From: Octopus sinensis
Lineage: Eukaryota
DNA: 64,000 bases
NCBI RefSeq assembly: GCF_006345805.1
Contig: NC_043003.1
Coordinates: 6,758,001 to 6,822,000, forward strand
Direction of reading: 5' to 3'
Shown here: piece after piece, positions 57,401-64,000 of the stretch
Layout of the letters: the number at the start of each line of letters is the position of its first letter
Position numbering within the stretch: the stretch's first letter is position 1
Position numbers and translations under genes: made by a program
Notes under the pieces: generated by a model
What the model saw: the letters and a program-made list of their open reading frames with translations, nothing else
Told to the model about the DNA's origin: nothing
Database searches by the model: none

Positions 57401-60400
57401 TTGAAATTAGGTTGTCTGATTTTTGTGGCTTAGTTTAGGGTCTCTCAAGAACTTCCAGCATAATTTCTTTAAAGAGTGACATCAAAGTTTATATATGTTA
57501 GGGACTTACAAAATATAAACATAACTTAGACACTGGAAAAAAAGTGACACCTACAACCTTTGATAGGGCCTCAGAGAATGGTGGAGAGCAAACTGACTTT
57601 AATACTTGCAAGAGAGTAGATTCTGTTAGAGTTCTTTAAGGGTGACCTGCTGCTAAACTTGGCCAGGTTGAGCGAAGTCTTTAAGGGTGACCTGTTGCTA
57701 AACTGGGCCAGAATGAGTGAAGTCTTTAAGGGGGACATGTTGCTAAGCTTGGCCAGAATGAGTGGAATCTTTAAGGGGGACCTGTTGCTAAACTTGGCCA
57801 GAATGAGTGAAGTCTTTAAGTGGTCCACATAACCATTCTTGATACAGAGGCTGGAAGCTGGATCTTTACTTTTTGACCAACAGATTTATAAAATAATTTT
57901 TTGTAACTAAACACTTTCAAACTTCAGACACTGGTAGAATGTGTCATATAAAACATCTTTTACTCTTAGCGTTTTTGAGAAAAGCTTATATTTAGGAAGT
58001 TATTTCACATTAAAGTTGTCATGTTATGGTAATTCCAACCAATCAATGACGTGTATTCAGCTGAATAAAATTACTGCTGTTGTTTGTCCACAAGAACTTC
58101 CGATTGAAGTACAGCTGGATGACCTTCCTAACGCCAACCACTTCGTGAGTGTAGTGGGTGCTTTTTACATGCCACCGGCACAGGTGCCAGACGAGGCTGG
58201 CAGTGGCCATGATTGGTTGGTGCTTTTTATGTGCCACCGGCACGGAGGCCAAACTATAAAAATGTATTTCTCCACTATGGATAGAGTTGAATAACTGAAA
58301 CCAATGACGGAACAAAAGACTACATTACCAGGATTCGATGTGATGGTATTGATGGTAGATTCAACCATATCCATAAACGGGGTCAACAGATGCTCTTTCT
58401 TTCCAATTATTGTAAAGCCATTCCACACATAAAGAAGTTCCTGCAACAAAAATAAAAAAGCAGCAATGACTTGGAATGTTTTAAATTGTTGCTGGTGTTT
58501 GTTTGTTTGTTTGTTTGTTTGTTGAGTGAAGTGGTCTTCATCCCAGAGCTTGCAAGATCGCGCATCTATAGCGGGAGAAGTCTGAAATGTTGGTCCTTTG
58601 CTATTCGTAAGACCCACAGAAGAGAGAGCAGGTCAACCCCCGACACCGAGAGCATCGACGGATGGATGAATGCACATCCAGGCTCAGCGGTTGCGTAGGA
58701 AGTCTGGGACAAGAAACAGGAAGAAAGAGTGAGAGAAAGTTGGAGCGAAAGAGTACAACAGGGGTCGCCACTACCCCCTGCCGGAACCTCATGGAGCTTT
58801 AGGTGTTTTCGCTCAATAAACACACACAATGCCCAGTCTGGGAATCGAAACCGCGATCCTCCGACTGCGAGTCCGCTGTCCTAACCATTGGGCCATTGCG
58901 CCCCCACTGTTGCTGGTGTTGTAGTTGTTGTGCATTGTTGTTATTGTTAGTGTTACTGTTGTTGTTACTGTTAATGTGGTCCATATTGTTGCTATTAGCA
59001 CATATTTTTACCACCATTTATTAACATAGAGTATCATTACCATATATTGACGTATATTATCATCATCAAGTATTAGCATATATTAGCATAAATTAGCATA
59101 TATTATCAATCTCTTACAACATATACTTGTCTCATCTGTGAAGTATTACTTGTAACCCTCTTCAAACCTTCCCCTGAAATTACACTTCTGTGAAGTTTCC
59201 CCTTTAACAGCCCCAATAAACCCTGTCACACTAACATCCCTAGTCCTGTTTTACTCACAAACACCTTCACTCCTCTGTACAGCTTTATTCATTAACATCC
59301 CCAACAGTCAATCTTCACTTACAGTCATTCATTAAAAGGTGGTGAATTCGCAGTCATTACAGTGTAGATCAAAATACCTTGTGGTGTTTGTTTTGAATTA
59401 AAATCCCTCCTCAGGACAAATTTACCTTTCATCCTTTTGGAGTTGATAAATAAAGTACCAGTCTGGTGGGGTGGAGCTGGGGTTTATTGGTGGCATTTGG
59501 TTCCGTTTGTTTGCATTCTGAGTTCAAATTCCACCATGGCCTACTTGGGTAGTAGACGTAACCTATCCCCCAATTTAAACCCCTAGCGCCACCATTCCTA
59601 GGAACTAGGCTGACTTTAGTGGAGTTCAATCTGTTGAAGTCAGGTCTCTAGTTTAAAGTTATCTTCCTCCCATCTCCTCCCCACCACCACCAGTCACTGA
59701 GATCCTGCAAACAGTCATAGGTACTACCTTCCCTCTCTGAGTAGTAAACAAAAAAAAAAATACCATTCCAGCTATCAATTCATTGGATAACTAAATCCCA
59801 CTTTTTGCCTGTGTAACCTTGTTATTCCTTTACTTTTGTTGCACTTGTAATCTTACTGCCCCAAGAATCTTGTTGTCTCCATTATACTGTTGCCCCTATA
59901 GTCTTGTTACCCTAATAATCTTGTCCTTTTCTTAAAACACTATCCATAACTATTCCTCATAAAATCCTTTAGTCTACCAAAATTCCATGATAAGCATAAA
60001 CAGCCAAACAGTTCTAAGGATTTAATAATAATTTAAAAAAACCCTTCATGTCACACACACACAAATCTTCAGTAAAGCTTGGGGTTGTTCTGTCTCTGGG
60101 AGCTAATTCTTTCATCCAAATATTAACGAGATATACATCTTTATATATAAAAGTAAGGTTGTGTGCTGTCTGTCTCCTACGATTTAGATTCCTAACTACT
60201 CCCACATTTTGCGGTGCAGTTTAACCAAAAGCGGGTATCTTATAGTCGTGATTCATATCGAGCCCTTCTGGGTATTAGCGCGCGTCTACGATGAGTCTAC
60301 GATTTTAAAAATAATTTACCACCATTTTTTTCCATTTTAATGCATTTTTCGCTATTATATAAGGGAAGTAACTCTCTAAAAATGTCTACGATGAGTCAAC

Positions 60401-60828
60401 GATTTAAAAAAAAATTTACCATGATTTTTTTTCCATTTTTAATGCATTTTTTTGCTATTTTTTGGCTATAACTCTCTAAAAATTCTTTATAGTTATTTCC
60501 CTTACAAACCCGAGCAACACGGGCGATACTGCTAGTTAATAATAAAGCAGCTGTTAAACCAATTAATCTATTAATTAAATGAACATGACACAAATGCTAA
60601 TCTTACGGTTTCCATAATCACATTACTAATGAAACAACAACTGTTAATCCTATTGTCTAATTAAGCTAATTAATAATGACACATGCAATTAAGACATCTT
60701 TACCACTTACCAATCCAGGCAACGTCAACTTGCCGCCTTGACTAAAGAATCTATTGGCTTTACAAACAGCAAACTTTTCAATGGGGAGGGACTTGCCAGC
60801 AATCCGTTGCTTCAGTTTAGGGACCTCC
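51910..60828 (-). CDS. TTC39B: Tetratricopeptide repeat protein 39 (TTC39A/B-like), 3' part; complement(join(51910..52084,54183..54299,55495..55612,58329..58440,60711..60828)); 5' exons not found in the window
   Basis: KQRIAGKSLPIEKFA, ELLYVWNGF, DDYSLALLLKG, YLVPYAHLEL and NYKGYMLESRLHFRIH match TTC39A/B motifs; GT-AG introns with consistent phases. A versus B orthology cannot be resolved. Confidence 0.9.
52558..52927 (+). mobile_element. Non-autonomous Helitron derivative (second family)
   Basis: A|TC start; 3' hairpin ctagcactatgacctggcgttgccgggtcatagtgctag ending CTAG|T. Confidence 0.72.
53252..53483 (+). mobile_element. SINE family B, full length
   Basis: tRNA-like head (gagctggcagaaacgttag...gggttcaaattcc), central gcctttcatcc..gtcgataaa..gtaccag domain. 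Confidence 0.85.
54183..54299 (-). CDS. TTC39B: TTC39-like exon (EKKIKIDTYLVPYAHLELSLMYLILQKPADVQNYIQKAK)
   Basis: ttacag acceptor, gtaagt donor, phase 2 to 2. Confidence 0.92.
54893..55272 (-). mobile_element. tRNA-derived SINE, family C
   Basis: Minus head tggcccagtggttagggcagcggactcg...gattccc (A and B boxes); head shared with 58610-58903. Confidence 0.75.
55495..55612 (-). CDS. TTC39B: TTC39-like exon (DAYPNYHDDYSLALLLKGVCLKYRGQYFQAEQCFLEVIGY)
   Basis: ttttcag acceptor, gtaagt donor, phase 1 to 2. Confidence 0.92.
55640..56118 (+). mobile_element. CR1-like LINE 3' end
   Basis: LKLRRLAADL..., TRGHIYKVRK, RKHFFTLRVAEAWNKLP are CR1/L2 C-terminal motifs; an inverted copy of its tail lies at 56284-56481. 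Confidence 0.82.
57629..57824. repeat. 45-bp minisatellite, ~4.3 copies
   Basis: Unit gacctgttgctaaacttggccagaatgagtgaagtctttaagggg at 57644, 57689, 57734, 57779. Confidence 0.9.
58329..58440 (-). CDS. TTC39B: TTC39-like exon (ELLYVWNGFTIIGKKEHLLTPFMDMVESTINTITSNP)
   Basis: ttgcag acceptor, gtaatg donor, phase 0 to 1. Confidence 0.92.
58610..58903 (-). mobile_element. tRNA-derived SINE, family C variant
   Basis: Head ggggcgcaatggcccaatggttagg...ggtttcgattccc. Confidence 0.75.
60138..60535 (+). mobile_element. Non-autonomous Helitron derivative
   Basis: A|TC...CTAG|T; same family as 1869-2172 with an internal duplication. Confidence 0.75.
60711..60828 (-). CDS. TTC39B: TTC39-like exon (EVPKLKQRIAGKSLPIEKFAVCKANRFFSQGGKLTLPGL)
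   Basis: tttgcag acceptor, gtaagt donor, phase 2 to 0. Confidence 0.92.
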
Positions 60829-60854
60829 CTGCAAAGTAACAATCATATATATAT

Positions 60855-61049
60855 ATCATTAGGGAGAGTTTACAACAAAAACAAAAGACAAAGACAGGTG
60901 GTGTACAAAACAAACAGATGTATTAGTATAACGCTCAGGAACAGAAAAAGTCTTTTACGTTTCGAGCCTATGCTCTTCTACGGAAAGGAATACAGAAAAA
61001 ACAAAGAGAGAAAAAAATGTGTGTGGTGGCTAACGATCTATCATGGCAA

Positions 61050-61050
<1 letters not shown>
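60855..61050 (-). mobile_element. ~200-bp element carrying a hammerhead-like motif (60952-60987) between (TA)n tracts
   Basis: CUUU-CCGUAGA-A-GAGC(AUAG)GCUC-GAA-ACGU-A-AAAG; homolog of 35903-36097. Confidence 0.6.
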
Positions 61051-61088
<38 letters not shown>

Positions 61089-61967
61089 TATGATTAATTC
61101 ATGGAATGAAGTTCTACAAATCCAGTCATATTTGTCAAAAATGGAGGGGATAAGCTGTTAAAAAGAAGTTTAATAATGCTTACAATCATTTTATACATAA
61201 CATTATATTGTATAGAAATAATACATTTCTTAAATCTCCAGAGAGATTTATACAGTAGTGATACGATAAAGTAGTTGCATGCTGTCAACTTAATGTGACA
61301 GTCCCATGAAGGGAATCATACGACTGCTATTTAGCCCTGGGAAGCATCAACGCTTCCTGTCAGCCTTGACACATTTCCTGTGTCCTTATGTTTACAAGGG
61401 GGAGACAAGCAACCCCACCCAGCTAAGCCAGCATCCAGAGACTAGTTTTTGAAATCAGTGAGTGTATTTCACTAGAATTATTATATGTTTACGAGGATTA
61501 GATGGGCATCTCCAACTAGCAAGCCATGCAACTCCAGACTGGAATATTCTTTCTATTTCGTTACCATATGACAAAGGTAAATCTTTCTGCTCACTTTGTA
61601 ATAGTGAAATGTTTTTTTATCCTATTCTCAAAGAATCCCCTTATAAACACATTTATAGAACGCGTTTATCGTTGCGAATATTTCTACCATTCTATAAAAC
61701 TCGACCTTCGACTGTCTTCTTACAGTTCACTTCCACTAAATATATCTGCTTCCATGCCTTTAAGCTTTATTCTAATTCACCTATCACTCTATATCTCTCC
61801 ACTATTAGTTTTCTGCTAATTTCTTTCTTTCTCCTCTTTCTCTTCCTATAAACTACCTTTATATCTACTAACAGTTTAAAAAAAAAAAAATTGATAGCGT
61901 TCCCTTCATCATATACACAGTCATCACATTCTGTTAAAATGTTTTATTGATGTGTTTGGTTTCTTTC

Positions 61968-62055
61968 TTACCCTGATGAGAAGACTGCAATGTTTTACAC
62001 CATTTTATTCCTTCTGGAATAATACCAATGGTGTCTTCGAAACATATGTTGGAAG
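61968..62055 (+). ncRNA. Type I hammerhead ribozyme candidate with extended stem II
   Basis: CUGAUGA (61973-79), GAAGAC...GUCUUC, GAA, perfect palindrome ACAUAUGU, U, then GGAAG; homolog of 29674-29755. Confidence 0.68.
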
Positions 62056-62706
62056 TAAAAGAATTTGAATAACACCTGCATTTAACTCTATTTATTTATT
62101 TATCTATCTATCTCCCCCTCTCTCTCTCTCTCCCTCTCTCTAAACATAAGGACACAGGAAATGTGTCAAGGCTGACAGGAAGTGGTGCTGCTTCCTAGGG
62201 CTAAATAGCAGTAGTGTGATTCCCCCTCATGGAACTGTCACATTAAGTTGACAGCATACAACTACTTTATCGTATCACTACTGTATAAGTCTCTCTGGAG
62301 ATTCAGAAATGTATTATTTCTATACAATATAATGTTATGGCTAAACTGGCAATATGACCATTCCGAAATATATATATATATATAAATGTACACACATAAA
62401 AACAGATATATACAAAAATAGAGACACATGCAGGCATACATAGATATGCAGATACAGATGCAAACATGCACAACCGCACTGTAACATACATGTGTATATA
62501 CCAGTATTAAAAATATATTCAAAATTAAGATGGAATAACTAATAACATACAAAGTATTTAGTGATATAGATATGTTTGGAGTGGGGGGGAGATAAAAATG
62601 GGAGTACATATACATAGGTATACAAGGGTATAGATATAAGTAGAAATATGTATGTATACACAAATACATATACATAGGTATACAAAAAAAATCTACATGC
62701 ATGTAT

Positions 62707-63117
62707 AGGCGCAGGAGTGGCTGTGTGGTAAGTAGCTTGCTAACCAGCCACATGGTTCCGGGTTCAGTCCCACTGCGTGGCACCTTGGGCAAGTGTCTTC
62801 TACTATAGTCTCGGGCCGACCAAAGCCTTGTGAGTGGATTTGGTAGACGGAAACTGAAAGAAGCCCGTCGTATATATGTATATATATGTATATATATGTG
62901 CGTGTGTGTTTGTGTGTCTGTGTTTGTTCCCCTAGCATTGCTTGACAACCGATGCTGGTGTGTTTATGTCCCCGTCACTTAGCGGTTCGGCAAAAGAGAC
63001 CAATAGAATAAGTACTGGGCTTACAAAGAATAAGTCCTGGGGTCGAGTTGCTCGACTAAAGGCGGTGCTCCAGCATGGCCGCAGTCATATGACTGAAACA
63101 AGTAAAAGAGTAAAAGT
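62707..63117 (+). mobile_element. tRNA-derived SINE, family A, full length
   Basis: A and B boxes and complete body to the gtaaaagag tail. Confidence 0.87.
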
Positions 63118-63750
63118 GTATGCAGAAGATGGTACACCCATATACATCTGCATATAGCTATATGTATATATATACGCACACAATGGGTGTACATATTCAC
63201 ATGCGTACATGTACAGATGCATATACATATGTAAGCACAGACAGAGCACATACGCTCGTACACATATGTGCAAAAACCAAAGGAGTCAATAAGAAAATAG
63301 ACAAGTATAAGTTGATATATTCAAGCGTTTGAGGTAAAACTGTATAGAGAGACATAGTTTTCATAATGGCCCTATATAAAGAGAAGGCCCTTCAGTTATT
63401 ATAAAGGAAATATCAAATTAAAGTATATAAAGGGAACTTATGTTATAGTAATACAATGAGGATAGGAGAAGTTTCTATATTGAGTAATAAGGGATGTCAG
63501 GGTTACCATTTTATAGTGGTAATGTCGATTAAATGACACACTATAATTTAATCAGCATGGGAGAAAGAGGGGTCACCATAATGTGCTTTTCAAAGCTCCT
63601 CTATGGGTATTGGCTACCATATGTCATCATGCAGAAGGAACTCCTTTTACCTGATATACTGTGCATGTGGAAATCCATTAGTGTAGGCAGAATTCATACG
63701 AAAAGCACATTATGAGGTTATTATCCACATGATATTAAATAAATATCCAT

Positions 63751-64000
63751 AGGCGCAGGAGTAGCTGTGTGGTAAGTAGCTTGCTAACCAACCACATGGT
63801 TCCGGGTTCAGTCCCACTGCGTGGCACCTTGGGCAAGTGTCTTCTACTATAGCCTCGGGCCGACCAATGCCTTGTGAGTGGATTTGGTAGACGGAAACTG
63901 AAAGAAGCCTGTCGTATATATGTATATATATATGTATGTGTGTGTGTCTGTGTTTGTCCCCCTAGCATTGCTTGACAACCGATGCTGGTGTGTTTACATC
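63751..64000 (+). mobile_element. tRNA-derived SINE, family A (runs off the window end)
   Basis: Near-identical to the 62707 copy. Confidence 0.85.

Noticed and set aside
57629-57824. Regularly spaced repeats as a CRISPR array
   Set aside because: Contiguous tandem units with no unique spacers, in a eukaryotic intron.
61951-62010. Candidate further TTC39 exon on the minus strand ending at a gtaag donor
   Set aside because: Wrong phase, no TTC39 similarity, and it overlaps the hammerhead element.
62707-62790. tRNA-like A/B box sequences
   Set aside because: SINE heads continuing into SINE bodies; no complete tRNA cloverleaf.

Overview
AT-rich, repeat-dense eukaryotic DNA. The SINE/RTE repertoire points to a cephalopod, most likely Octopus (inference). 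Host genes assembled by hand from splice sites and reading phase: (i) two tandem intronless caspase-like ORFs (3778-4524, 6085-6798, + strand), both lacking the catalytic His and Cys; (ii) a complete 7-coding-exon BABAM1/MERIT40 gene (+, 23271-38999, 354 aa); (iii) the last five coding exons of a TTC39A/B-like gene (-, 60828-51910), whose 5' part probably lies beyond the window. An isolated Argonaute-derived exon (43478-43593, -) sits between BABAM1 and TTC39. The rest is mostly transposon-derived: many RTE LINE fragments ending in (GAT)n tails, at least three tRNA-derived SINE families, a decayed Gypsy element, Helitron derivatives, a mariner relic, CR1/Jockey fragments and GG...CC MITEs with 8-9 bp TSDs. 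Least explained signal: nine minimal type I hammerhead-ribozyme-like motifs with palindromic stem III in short elements next to microsatellites, some with non-canonical cores. No database searches or folding programs were run; protein assignments rest on recalled family motifs and repeat boundaries are approximate.
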